A stretch of 63,552 nucleotides of DNA, filler included, from Candidatus Hydrogenedentota bacterium (lineage in GTDB: Bacteria > JBFMHD01): NCBI GenBank assembly GCA_040752395.1. It is 7 parts of 7 records of this genome, joined end to end, with 100 filler letters (N's around TTAATTAATTAA, not from the genome) between each part and the next. Parts side by side here need not be neighbours in the genome. Positions count along the whole stretch, not along the records: positions 14,263 to 21,257 come from JBFMHD010000146.1; positions 21,358 to 28,333 come from JBFMHD010000147.1; positions 28,434 to 35,349 come from JBFMHD010000148.1; 4 more parts are not named here. The stretch is one strand, 5' to 3'. The notes beneath the pieces are model-generated. The model was not told where the DNA came from. It did no database searches and worked only from the letters and a program-made list of their open reading frames with translations. Shown here in pieces: positions 19,020 through 28,479 of this stretch. The stretch's first letter is position 1, and the number at the start of each line of letters is the position of its first letter. A program made the translations under genes and the position numbers.

Positions 19020-19970
19020 ATGTATAGTTTGATGATAAGTTGCGGGTATATTCTGGATTTAATTTTTGGTGACCCGCAGTGGTTGCCTCATCCTGTTCGC
19101 GGTATCGGCTGGATGATAAAAAAATTAGAACCTGTTTTAAGAAAGACTATAAAGAACGAACGTGTTTCTGGTATTTTATTCGCATTTCTTGTGATAGGTA
19201 TAGTGTGGGCTATCAGTTTTATCATCATAAAACTCTGTTATTTTATTAATATATATTTAGGAACACTGATCTCTATTTTATTAATATATACCTCACTCTC
19301 AATAAAAGATTTAAAAGTAGAAAGCATCAGAGTATATGATGCTCTGATAAAAGGGGATATAGTTTTAGCACGTAAGAATTTAAGTTTGATTGTAGGACGA
19401 GATACAGAAAATTTAAATGAAAAAGAGATAATTCGAGCAACAGTAGAGACGATCGCTGAAAATATTGTTGATGCGATAATCTCACCATTATTTTACGTAT
19501 TTATAGGTGGTCCATGTTTGGCTATTATGTATAAGGCTATAAATACTTTAGATTCTATGGTTGGATATAAAAATGAAGTTTACAGAGATTTCGGGTTTGC
19601 TTCTGCAAAGATAGATGATATCTCAAATTTTATACCCGCAAGATTGTCTGCTCTATTCTTACCACTCGCAGTGTTGATAGCGGGTGGCAATAGCAAAAAT
19701 TCTTTCAGGATTGGCTGGCGTGATGGTAAAAAGAACCCAAGTCCAAATAGCGGCATACCAGAAGCTGCTCTGTCAGGTGCATTGGGAGTTCAACTCGGTG
19801 GGATTAATTTCTATAATTCTATCCCCATAGAAAAACCATTTATTGGCGATGATATTAATCCTCTAAAAGTAACACATATAAAAGAAAGTATAAAGATTGC
19901 TTATATCTGTTCTTTTTTATTTTTGATAACAGGTATTATCTGTTTCGAACTCTGGACTAATAGTCCGTAG
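19020..19970 (+). CDS. cbiB: Adenosylcobinamide-phosphate synthase
   Basis: GDPQWLPHPVR, IVGRDT, ETIAEN, YKAINTLDSMVGY, SPNSGIPEAA. Confidence 0.95.
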   Translation: MYSLMISCGYILDLIFGDPQWLPHPVRGIGWMIKKLEPVLRKTIKNERVSGILFAFLVIGIVWAISFIIIKLCYFINIYLGTLISILLIYTSLSIKDLKVESIRVYDALIKGDIVLARKNLSLIVGRDTENLNEKEIIRATVETIAENIVDAIISPLFYVFIGGPCLAIMYKAINTLDSMVGYKNEVYRDFGFASAKIDDISNFIPARLSALFLPLAVLIAGGNSKNSFRIGWRDGKKNPSPNSGIPEAALSGALGVQLGGINFYNSIPIEKPFIGDDINPLKVTHIKESIKIAYICSFLFLITGIICFELWTNSP

Positions 19971-20112
19971 CCAGTAGCCTGTCCTGATACCTCTCACTTC
20001 TTCCGTTATCTTGCTTCTTGCTTCTACTTGATATTATTAGAGTTAGAATGTTTTTCAGAGGAGGGGTTAGGAGTTAGGAGTTAGGAGTTCGTAATAATAG
20101 CTCCGAGCTCCG
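19961..20112 (+). repeat. Modular intergenic repeat copy
   Basis: TAGTCCGTAGCC..GTCCTGATAC..(TCTTGCT)n..ATTATTAGAGTT..TTTTTCAGAGGAG plus (GGAGTTA)n; contains the cbiB stop codon. Confidence 0.9.
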
Positions 20113-20114
20113 AA

Positions 20115-20531
20115 TTATTTTTCTTTGCCATATTTGTTTTTATCTTTATATAACTTTAATATTCTATTAACCAATTTCTTTGCTATTTTAAGTGAATTCA
20201 TTACCTCTTCTTTAGTGAGTTCAGATGCCACAATAAAAGGATAGCGTTCTTCTACATAGTAATCTGTTATTTTTAAACATTCTTGACGAAATTCTTCAAA
20301 AGATGGTTCATAGTCAATAATATCATTTAACAGTATTTCTAACTCGTGAATTCTTTTTAACTTCCATCCTTTTGATAAAAGATAACCTTTCAGATATTTT
20401 TCAACTGCTTGTTGAATATTGAAACCCGCGCCTTCAAGATCACCAAGGCGAAGTAAATTTTCTGCTCGTTTAATCTCTTTTGCTCCAATTCCAAACCAAT
20501 CTGCTGGATATAAAGACTCATTTTTTCTCAT
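20115..20531 (-). CDS. HEPN domain protein
   Basis: FNIQQAVEKYLKGYL, IHEL, YVEERYP. Confidence 0.9.
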   Translation of the reverse strand: MRKNESLYPADWFGIGAKEIKRAENLLRLGDLEGAGFNIQQAVEKYLKGYLLSKGWKLKRIHELEILLNDIIDYEPSFEEFRQECLKITDYYVEERYPFIVASELTKEEVMNSLKIAKKLVNRILKLYKDKNKYGKEK

Positions 20532-20853
20532 AGAGCACTTTTCCTTTAGTTAATATCTCCTCAACAAATTGATCGCCTACTCTTATTCTCTTTTCAAGTT
20601 CTTTGGGAGTAATAACAATCGGTTCAAAGGGGATACGCCGTGTTCTATCAGAAACAATTCTGCGGACGTTTACCCTGCGATCAATGGGTCTTTCTTGGGT
20701 CCTTTTGATGATAAACAAGTCTATGTCGCTATCTTTATCCGGTTCTCCATAAACATAGGATCCAAAGAGAATTATTTTTGATGGTTTGTAGGAAGATACT
20801 ATTTTTGCGACTATTTCTGAAATTAACTGCTGCAATTTTCTATTTTTGACCAT
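20518..20853 (-). CDS. Minimal nucleotidyltransferase (MNT antitoxin)
   Basis: IILFGSYVYGEPDKDSDIDLFII. Confidence 0.9.
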   Translation of the reverse strand: MVKNRKLQQLISEIVAKIVSSYKPSKIILFGSYVYGEPDKDSDIDLFIIKRTQERPIDRRVNVRRIVSDRTRRIPFEPIVITPKELEKRIRVGDQFVEEILTKGKVLYEKK

Positions 20854-21257
20854 TATCAAACCTTGAATATCGCTCCTGCATCATTTTTGAATATCTCAAC
20901 CACTTTCCAAAGTATGGTTTTGCTCCGTCAATCACTTCGACCCGCTTTATCCCTCTTGATCGCATAGTTTTGTCTCAACTTTAATTATATTTAATTTATT
21001 TTTTAATTCTAAGAAAATTTGGTTTATCATAATTGAGTAAGATAAAGAAAATAGAGTAGAAAGTCAAGAGAAAATTGAAGGAGCTTGTAATGACTCAGTT
21101 ATTGGTGCAGTAGAACTTATACTTTAGAAGCAAGAGGCAAGAAGCAAGAAGCAAGATTATGGAATCCCACTGAAGACCGAGGGAATACAGTATACTGCTT
21201 CCCTGAAACGTGAGACACTTTAAAGGGGAGGGAAAGAGGCACAAAGGCACAAAGGCA

Positions 21258-21357
21258 NNNNNNNNNNNNNNNNNNNNNNNNNNNNNNNNNNNNNNNNNNN
21301 NTTAATTAATTAANNNNNNNNNNNNNNNNNNNNNNNNNNNNNNNNNNNNNNNNNNNN
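21258..21357. other. Artificial contig linker
   Basis: N run + TTAATTAATTAA. Confidence 0.99.
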
Positions 21358-21499
21358 ATCTGGATTTGAACACCTCGAATTTGCTTCCTCGCAAATTCTC
21401 CTCGACCCCCTCGGTTTGCTTTCGCTCACTTCCTGTTCGCTTATCCTCGCTATCCGCTCGGCGCAAACCTCGCTTCAAATCCTTATCCCTAATTCATTG

Positions 21500-21573
<74 letters not shown>

Positions 21574-22075
21574 ATCCTTATGTGCTTTAAATAATCTCAT
21601 ACTTTTCTACTTTTATGTCAAATAAAAATTTGATACAATACCTCTATTGTATTGTATATATTATAGGACAAAACCACAAACTCAATATCACTATTTGAAT
21701 CTTTAATAAACTGTTCGTTATCTATCTGCATAAAATCACTTCATTAAATAAAAAAATAAATCAGATATTTTTTAAATACCAATTTTTCTATTTAAGATAA
21801 AAAAATACAATCTGTCAATTATTTTATTTATCGACACTGGAAAGTATCCCGGAGACCGTATACCCCTACAATACCTCTCACCTTTTTTGGGGAACCCACA
21901 CACAGAAAAGCAGAAATGCTTAGTACAAAATGTGCCAAAAATTGTCTAAAAATGCCTCGACAAACAGTGAGCACTACAATATTTTCGACTGTCAAATTCT
22001 GAAAAAATTGATTTTAAAGTATTGATTTTTTAATAAAATAGTATAGTATAAATAGAAGTGAAAAAGGAGCAAGTT

Positions 22076-22270
22076 ATGGAACAATTAGTAAAGAGGGAGT
22101 TTATTAGAGACGAGATGGGAAATAAAAAAGCTGTAATACTGCCGATAGAGGAATATGAAGAAATGATAGAAGATTTACATGACCTGGCAGTGGTGGCAGA
22201 ACGTAGAGATGAAGCAGAGATTTCAATGGCTGAAATAAAGCAAAGGTTAAAGAAGAATGGGCTCATATGA
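22076..22270 (+). CDS. Putative antitoxin (RelB-like)
   Basis: Small acidic protein, KAVILPIEEYEEMIEDLHDL, overlapping relE. Confidence 0.8.
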   Translation: MEQLVKREFIRDEMGNKKAVILPIEEYEEMIEDLHDLAVVAERRDEAEISMAEIKQRLKKNGLI

Positions 22271-22490
22271 GATTCGTTGGAAAAAATCGGCCTTAAGAGA
22301 ATTAAAGAAAATAGATAGGCAACAAATCCCGCGAATACTTGAGGTGATTGAATCTTTATCAATAGAGCCGTATCCTTCACAATATCGAAAATTAAAAGGT
22401 TCAGAAAAAGAGCACCGTATAAAAGTAGGAGATTATCGAGTAATATATGGGGTTTCTACAGATGATAAAGTAATAAGGATATATCGTTAA
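22257..22490 (+). CDS. RelE-family toxin, probably C-terminally truncated
   Basis: KSALRELKKID, KLKG, RIKVGDYRVIY; lacks the usual terminal GHR..Y segment. Confidence 0.8.
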   Translation: MGSYEIRWKKSALRELKKIDRQQIPRILEVIESLSIEPYPSQYRKLKGSEKEHRIKVGDYRVIYGVSTDDKVIRIYR

Positions 22491-22622
22491 AAATATAATT
22501 CAGTCTGAAAATTGAATAAAGCAAAAACAACCATACTCTTTTTCTTTTCTTTATTAAAAGGGTCAAAATAACACCTATAAAAATTTTTAATAATATTCTA
22601 TGTTATCGCCGATAGATTTAGT

Positions 22623-23327
22623 ATGAAAGCTGATCTTCTATCCACTCATATGACATTCGAAAATTTTGTAGTTGGTGATGGTAATAATTTTGCCTATTCT
22701 GCTGCTCTGGCCGTAGCTAATGACATCTCGTCCCAGATATATAACCCTCTTTTTATATACGCTAATCCAGGGCTTGGTAAAACCCATCTTGTTAAAGCAA
22801 TAGGTAATAAAGTATTAAAACGTAATGAATATCTTAAAGTATTTTATACTACCAGCAGACAACTTATCCAGGACTATACCACGGCTGTGAATAACAATTT
22901 ATTTGATGAATTTTATAAATTCTATGACGAGAAGGATTTACTTATATTCGATGACGTGAATGAGGACGGCTTTTTTTATATCTATGACCGGCTATCTCCT
23001 GAATGTCAGATAGTAATGACAAGCAGAAAATCGCCTGGCCAGATGCCGCATCTTGAACATAGAGCAAGAAAAATGCTGAACTGGGGACTAATAGCTGATA
23101 TGCATCCTCTTGATCGGATTTCCAGAGAAACCATCCTCCTTCGAACAGGTACCCGACTCAGAGCCCACGTTCCTATGGATATAATATATCTTATAGCTAC
23201 ACGTATAACAGATAATATTGCAAAACTTGAGGAAGCCCTGCAGCGTGTTATAGCAGTTGCATCTATATCAAACGGTAGGATAGATAAACGAACAGTACTT
23301 AAAGTTCTTAAAAACCTTGGTTATTAA
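22623..23327 (+). CDS. Stand-alone DnaA-like AAA+ domain protein (degenerate)
   Basis: TFENFVVG.GNNFA, YNPLFIY..PGLGKTHL, LIFDDV, WGL; no domains I, II or IV. Confidence 0.85.
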   Translation: MKADLLSTHMTFENFVVGDGNNFAYSAALAVANDISSQIYNPLFIYANPGLGKTHLVKAIGNKVLKRNEYLKVFYTTSRQLIQDYTTAVNNNLFDEFYKFYDEKDLLIFDDVNEDGFFYIYDRLSPECQIVMTSRKSPGQMPHLEHRARKMLNWGLIADMHPLDRISRETILLRTGTRLRAHVPMDIIYLIATRITDNIAKLEEALQRVIAVASISNGRIDKRTVLKVLKNLGY

Positions 23328-24043
23328 AGACAAAAAATAAATAAAATACACCACTCATTTATCTCACAGACTGCCCCAAGTGTATCACCTGTAATACCAC
23401 GGATCTCATATCTACAATATAATCCGAATATGAAAGTAATAATAAATGTTGCCAGTATTAAAATAATGGATTGAAAAGAAATTATACAAAATAAGAGCGG
23501 TATTAAAGCTGCAAATAAAAAAGATTTGAAATTTTTATTTTTCAAAAATTCGCTGCCAAGCCCTTGTACTTTTGCACAATTAAAAAATTGAATCAGTATG
23601 TTCATAGCAAAACGACCAAAAACAGGTGTGCTTAACAATGCAAAATAGCGATTATTTATATCTATCTTACATAGAAATAATATCTTTCCGATAATTATAA
23701 TTATTAATGCAATTACTCCCATAGTTCCGATATGCGGGTCTTTCATAATAGCAAGCTTACCTTGAGTGTCTTTAACACTTAAAAATGCATCAGCTGTATC
23801 AGCAAGACCATCCAGATGCAAACCGCGTGTTAATTTTATCCATAAACAAATACTGATAAATGATGTAATATAGATATTTTGTATCAAGATATATAAAACT
23901 TTATCAAATATAACAAGGATACCACCTAAAATTAAACCAACAGATGTAAACCAGGAAACAAGAAGAGATATTTCACCTTTAAAATTAGTTTTTAGAGGTA
24001 AAATAGTAAGAAACCTGATGCAGTAAAATAAAGAGTTCATCAT
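23324..24043 (-). CDS. cobS: Adenosylcobinamide-GDP ribazoletransferase
   Basis: FLTILP, GLHLDGLADTADA, MKDPHIG, GITGDTLGA. Confidence 0.93.
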   Translation of the reverse strand: MMNSLFYCIRFLTILPLKTNFKGEISLLVSWFTSVGLILGGILVIFDKVLYILIQNIYITSFISICLWIKLTRGLHLDGLADTADAFLSVKDTQGKLAIMKDPHIGTMGVIALIIIIIGKILFLCKIDINNRYFALLSTPVFGRFAMNILIQFFNCAKVQGLGSEFLKNKNFKSFLFAALIPLLFCIISFQSIILILATFIITFIFGLYCRYEIRGITGDTLGAVCEINEWCILFIFCL

Positions 24044-25104
24044 ATCGACCCTGCTGACTTAGAAACCGAAGCCTGTTCAAAAGTTGCCATCTCATTATAA
24101 ATTCGAACACCTGCCTCTATCATCATCATAGCAAGACAACTCCCTGTCCCTTCTCCAAGCCGTAAATTCAAATCAAGTACAGGCTCAAGACCCATAAACT
24201 CTAATGCCTCGCTCTGAGCGATTTCAGTTGAGCGATGTGAAGCAAATATATAATCTTTAACCTCTGGATTCAGGTTGTAGCCTAATAATGTACCGGCTGT
24301 TGCAATTAAACCATCAACTACACAGGGTATCCTATGTTTAGCTGAAGCAAGAACAATACCTGCGATACCGCCGATCTCAAACCCGCCAACTTTAGATAAA
24401 ACGTCAATTGCAGATGAAGAATCAGGTTTGTGTAAAGCGATACCCTTCTTTATAACCTCAATCTTTTTATTTAAGACATTATCATTAATCCCTGTACCTC
24501 TACCTGTTATTTCTGATGGTTCAATTTTCGTTATTACCGAGATGACCGCAGTCGATGGCGTGGTATTACCTATCCCCATATCACCAACACCACAAATATC
24601 AAATCCTTTTTTGTAAAAGACAGTCTCAAAAACTTCTATACCATTTATAATAGATTTCTCAGCTTGTTCTTTTGTCATTGCAGGTTCTTTAACAAAGTTT
24701 TTGGTTCCTCGGCCAACTTTTTTTATTAAAAGATCCTCGTTCTCTTCAAAAACAGCATCTACCCCCATATCAACTACAATAACAGAAGCTCCAGCAAATC
24801 TTGAAAGAACATTTACACCAGCACCTCCGCGTAAAAAATTATAAACCATCTGAGCAGTTACTTCTTTTGGGTATGCACTCACTCCTTCTTCAGTAACCCC
24901 ATGGTCACCTGCAAGCGTAAATATCACCTTTTTTTCAATCTCTGGCTTTAATCTTCCCTGGATACAAACAATCTGTCTTGCAAACTCTTCTAATCTACCC
25001 AGACTATCTTTGGGTTTAGTAAGATTATCAAGATGCTTTTGTGCCTCTTCTTTCAGAGTATAATCAGGACTTGAAATATTTTTTATATAGTCATAAAGAT
25101 CCAT
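24040..25104 (-). CDS. cobT: Nicotinate-nucleotide-DMB phosphoribosyltransferase
   Basis: LTKPKDSLGRLE, GDHGV, GDMGIGNTT, LRLGEGTG; start 25104 after AAGGAGG. Confidence 0.95.
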   Translation of the reverse strand: MDLYDYIKNISSPDYTLKEEAQKHLDNLTKPKDSLGRLEEFARQIVCIQGRLKPEIEKKVIFTLAGDHGVTEEGVSAYPKEVTAQMVYNFLRGGAGVNVLSRFAGASVIVVDMGVDAVFEENEDLLIKKVGRGTKNFVKEPAMTKEQAEKSIINGIEVFETVFYKKGFDICGVGDMGIGNTTPSTAVISVITKIEPSEITGRGTGINDNVLNKKIEVIKKGIALHKPDSSSAIDVLSKVGGFEIGGIAGIVLASAKHRIPCVVDGLIATAGTLLGYNLNPEVKDYIFASHRSTEIAQSEALEFMGLEPVLDLNLRLGEGTGSCLAMMMIEAGVRIYNEMATFEQASVSKSAGSI

Positions 25105-25256
25105 AGTAATAATCCTCCTTATCTCTCCTTGAATGTGTAATCCATAATATTTATTGTAGTGCTCCCTGTTTGTCGAGACATTTTTTAGTAAATTTTCGGC
25201 ACATTTTGACCTGACCATTCTAATCAGGGGAGCAGTATAATCCCATGTCTGCGGCA

Positions 25257-25302
25257 TAGCCTGTACCCCGAATTATTAGAGTTACAGCGTTTTTCAGAGG
25301 AG
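25257..25302 (+). repeat. 3' module of the intergenic repeat (RBS-bearing end)
   Basis: TAGCCTGTACCCCGAATTATTAGAGTTACAGCGTTTTTCAGAGGAG. Confidence 0.9.
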
Positions 25303-25309
25303 AACTGAT

Positions 25310-25560
25310 ATGACTGATAAAAAAATAAATTCAGAAGAAATAATTAATATGTTGAAAGAAAATACATATGTTCTAATAAAATATGGTGTTAAAAAAATCG
25401 GACTTTTTGGAGGATTTGTTCGGCCGAAAAGTAGAATTGATAACAAATGGCAGTTTAAGTCCATATATAGAGCCATATATTGAAAAGGATGTGAAATGGT
25501 ATGAAACAGGACTCCCCATTTCTTAAACACATTCTTGTGGTAAAATTTCTTTTCCGATTT
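25310..25560 (+). pseudogene. Internally deleted MNT gene plus HepT/DUF86 N-terminal stub
   Basis: MTDKKINSEEIINMLKEN..KYGVKKIGLFG, then frameshifted LSPYIEPYIEKDVKWYE, then MKQDSPFLKHIL from 25501. Confidence 0.75.
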
Positions 25561-25656
25561 ATTCGTGTCAGGTATAGGATAGAAAAAATAGTGGAAAAAG
25601 TCAATGGGAAGTGAGAAAAAAACTAATAACCAAGATGTATCAAAAATTTGATGGTT

Positions 25657-26181
25657 TCAAAATTCAATCCCTTTTCTACTTTTTACTCCGAGATCAAACG
25701 GATGTTTTACTTTTTTAATCTCACTTACGTAATCTGCTTTTCTAATTATTTTTTCTGTCACACCCCTGCCTGTTAAAATTAGTTCTAATTTTGTCGGCTT
25801 TATTTTTATAAGTTCTAATATTTCTTTTTCTTTTATAAACCCGTCCCGTAAAGAGATAAGTATCTCATCTAAAATAAGCATATCGTATTTATTTTTTTGA
25901 TAAATTTTTTTTATAAATTCTAAACTATGTAGACAATCTTTTAGTATCTTATCTGAACTTTTATCTTCTAAAAAATAAGTGTGTTCTTTTGCAAAACCAT
26001 AAATATCAACTTTAAGCTTCTTTAATATTTTATGTTCTCCATACCCCCATTTATCCGGGTCTTTATGAAAATAGATATAACATACTTTTAGTCCCTGGCT
26101 CCTTGCTCGGACTGCTAATCCTATAGCAGCAGTAGTTTTCCCTTTGCCATCACCTGTATAAACTTGAATTAATCCTCTCAT
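25657..26181 (-). CDS. cobO: Cob(I)yrinic acid a,c-diamide adenosyltransferase
   Basis: GLIQVYTGDGKGKTTAAIG, LILDE, ELILTGR, KHPF..GIEF. Confidence 0.93.
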   Translation of the reverse strand: MRGLIQVYTGDGKGKTTAAIGLAVRARSQGLKVCYIYFHKDPDKWGYGEHKILKKLKVDIYGFAKEHTYFLEDKSSDKILKDCLHSLEFIKKIYQKNKYDMLILDEILISLRDGFIKEKEILELIKIKPTKLELILTGRGVTEKIIRKADYVSEIKKVKHPFDLGVKSRKGIEF

Positions 26182-26223
26182 TGATAACCGAATATCTTGC
26201 TTCTTGCCTCTTGCATCTTGCTT

Positions 26224-27561
26224 CTAAACTATGCCCTGGTCAATCATTGCATCCGCAACCTTCACAAAGCCTGCTATATTAGCGCCTTTTAAGTAGTTTA
26301 TAAATCTTCCTTCTCTACCGTATAAAACACATTGTTCGTGAATCGCTCGCATAATGGTCTTTAACCTCGAGTCGACCTCTTCACGCGTCCAGTTCAAATG
26401 CAAACTGTTCTGCGACATTTCAAGCCCGCTCGTTGCAACACCGCCTGCATTCGATGCTTTGCTCGGTGCATAGAGAATCTTGTTTTCAATAAAAGTCTGC
26501 TGTGCTTCTGGTGTGCTCGGCATATTCGCACCCTCAGCAACACAAATACAACCATTCTTAATCAGTTCTTTTGCATCGTCAAAATCAAGCTCATTTTCAG
26601 TCGCATTTGGTAAAGCTATGTCGCACTTGATACTCCAGGGAGATTTATTCTCAAAATATTCGCATTTAAATCGATCTGCATATTCTTTGATCCGACCGCG
26701 TTTTACGTTTTTAAGCTCCATTACAAACTCGAGTTTTTCTCGGTTGATGCCATCAGGATCGTAAATCATGCCATTCGAGTCAGATAAAGTAACAACCTTT
26801 GCCCCAAGTTCTATACATTTCTCAACAGTGTACTGTGCAACATTACCAGAACCTGAAGTAGTAACTATTTTCCCTTCCAAAGAATCTTTTTTAGTATTAA
26901 GCATTTCTTCTACAAAATAAATAAGACCATAACCCGTTGCCTCAGGCCTTATCAAAGAACCACCCCATTTAATACCTTTACCAGTTAATACGCCGCTAAA
27001 TTCATTAACCAGTTTCTTATACTGTCCAAAAAGATAACCAATCTCACGACCACCAACACCAATATCACCAGCTGGAACATCTGTATCAGGACCTATATGT
27101 CTGAATAATTCATTCATAAAAGCCTGACAGAATTTCATCACCTCATTATCTGATTTACCTTTAGGATCAAAATCAGAACCGCCTTTACCACCACCCATTG
27201 GTATCGTAGTTAAAGCATTCTTAAAGACCTGTTCAAATGCAAGAAATTTCAAAATACTAAGATTTACGCTCGGATGGAACCGCAAACCACCTTTATACGG
27301 ACCAATTGCACTATTCATCTGTATTCGATAACCGCGGTTAACCTGTACCTCACCCTTATCATCAAGCCAGTTAACCCTGAAGATAATAACACGTTCAGGT
27401 TCAACAATACGTTCAAGTATCTTTGCTTTCTGATACATTGGATTAGCATCTACCACAGGCATAATCGAGGTTAATACTTCACAAACAGCCTGATGGAATT
27501 CAGGTTGATTTGGGTGTTTAGCCTTTAGACGTTCCATAAACTCACTCACTCTTTTTGACAT
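26224..27561 (-). CDS. gdhA: NADP-specific glutamate dehydrogenase
   Basis: GPYKGGLRFHP, GGGKGGSDFDPKGKS, DVPAGDIGVG, RPEATGYG, GSGNVA. Confidence 0.97.
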   Translation of the reverse strand: MSKRVSEFMERLKAKHPNQPEFHQAVCEVLTSIMPVVDANPMYQKAKILERIVEPERVIIFRVNWLDDKGEVQVNRGYRIQMNSAIGPYKGGLRFHPSVNLSILKFLAFEQVFKNALTTIPMGGGKGGSDFDPKGKSDNEVMKFCQAFMNELFRHIGPDTDVPAGDIGVGGREIGYLFGQYKKLVNEFSGVLTGKGIKWGGSLIRPEATGYGLIYFVEEMLNTKKDSLEGKIVTTSGSGNVAQYTVEKCIELGAKVVTLSDSNGMIYDPDGINREKLEFVMELKNVKRGRIKEYADRFKCEYFENKSPWSIKCDIALPNATENELDFDDAKELIKNGCICVAEGANMPSTPEAQQTFIENKILYAPSKASNAGGVATSGLEMSQNSLHLNWTREEVDSRLKTIMRAIHEQCVLYGREGRFINYLKGANIAGFVKVADAMIDQGIV

Positions 27562-27650
27562 AAAATTTCTCCATAAATAAAGAATAATCATTCATCTCAC
27601 TATCAAGTAATCTCGGTAAATTTAGAAAAATACCAAATATTGTCAACTTT

Positions 27651-28169
27651 TTATTTATTTTTTAATTTTAATGGGATGCCGGCTTGCATAAAAATAACCT
27701 CGTCAGACTCTCTTGCTATCAATTGATTTGCGATCCCTGTCAAATCCCTGAATCGTCGAGCTAAAAGATTATCAGGAACGATACCCATCCCTACCTCATT
27801 TGATACTATAATTGTGGTTAAATTAGATTTTAATATAGCGTCAATAAATCTTTGTATTCTTTCTTGTATCTCTTTATCATTAAGATTTTCAGCTAAAAGG
27901 TTGGATATAAATAAACCTATACAATCAATTATTACAACCTCAAATTTCCCTTTTAATGCTGGTAAAACAAGTTCGATATCTTTACCTTGCTCAATCACCT
28001 TCCAGTATTTTGGTCTTTTAAGTCTGTGAAGTTTTATTCTTTCTTTCATTTCTTCATCAGGCGAGGTAGCAGTAGCGATAAAAACAACTTTTTTCGAGAG
28101 TTTTTTTGCTATCTCGACTGCATAACTACTCTTACCACTTCGTGCCCCACCAAGAATTAGAATAATCAT
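27651..28169 (-). CDS. cobU: Adenosylcobinamide kinase/guanylyltransferase
   Basis: LILGGARSGKS, DEEMKERI..H, VSNEVGMGIVP, FRDLTG. Confidence 0.95.
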   Translation of the reverse strand: MIILILGGARSGKSSYAVEIAKKLSKKVVFIATATSPDEEMKERIKLHRLKRPKYWKVIEQGKDIELVLPALKGKFEVVIIDCIGLFISNLLAENLNDKEIQERIQRFIDAILKSNLTTIIVSNEVGMGIVPDNLLARRFRDLTGIANQLIARESDEVIFMQAGIPLKLKNK

Positions 28170-28174
28170 TCTGA

Positions 28175-28333
28175 CTCCTCTGAAAAACGCTGTAACTCTA
28201 ATAATTCGGGGTACAGGCTACGGGCTACGGACTACAGCCGGCTGGAGCCCCCTATGAAAAGTCTTGAGTCTTGAGTCTTGAGTCTCGAGTCCTGTTTTGA
28301 CTCACGACTTGCGACTCTTTTCATATCATCTTT
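28175..28333 (-). repeat. Modular intergenic repeat copy providing the cobU RBS
   Basis: Reverse complement of the 32890-33002 and 35450-35738 elements; the contig ends inside it. Confidence 0.92.
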
Positions 28334-28433
28334 NNNNNNNNNNNNNNNNNNNNNNNNNNNNNNNNNNNNNNNNNNNNTTAATTAATTAANNNNNNNNNNN
28401 NNNNNNNNNNNNNNNNNNNNNNNNNNNNNNNNN
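28334..28433. other. Artificial contig linker
   Basis: N run + TTAATTAATTAA. Confidence 0.99.
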
Positions 28434-28479
28434 CTTTCTATCCTTGCCACTTGTCTTTTAATCTATATATAATTTATTA

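Noticed and set aside
21590-22050. oriC next to the DnaA-like gene
   Set aside because: AT-rich, but no clear TTATCCACA boxes were seen, and the gene is not full-length dnaA
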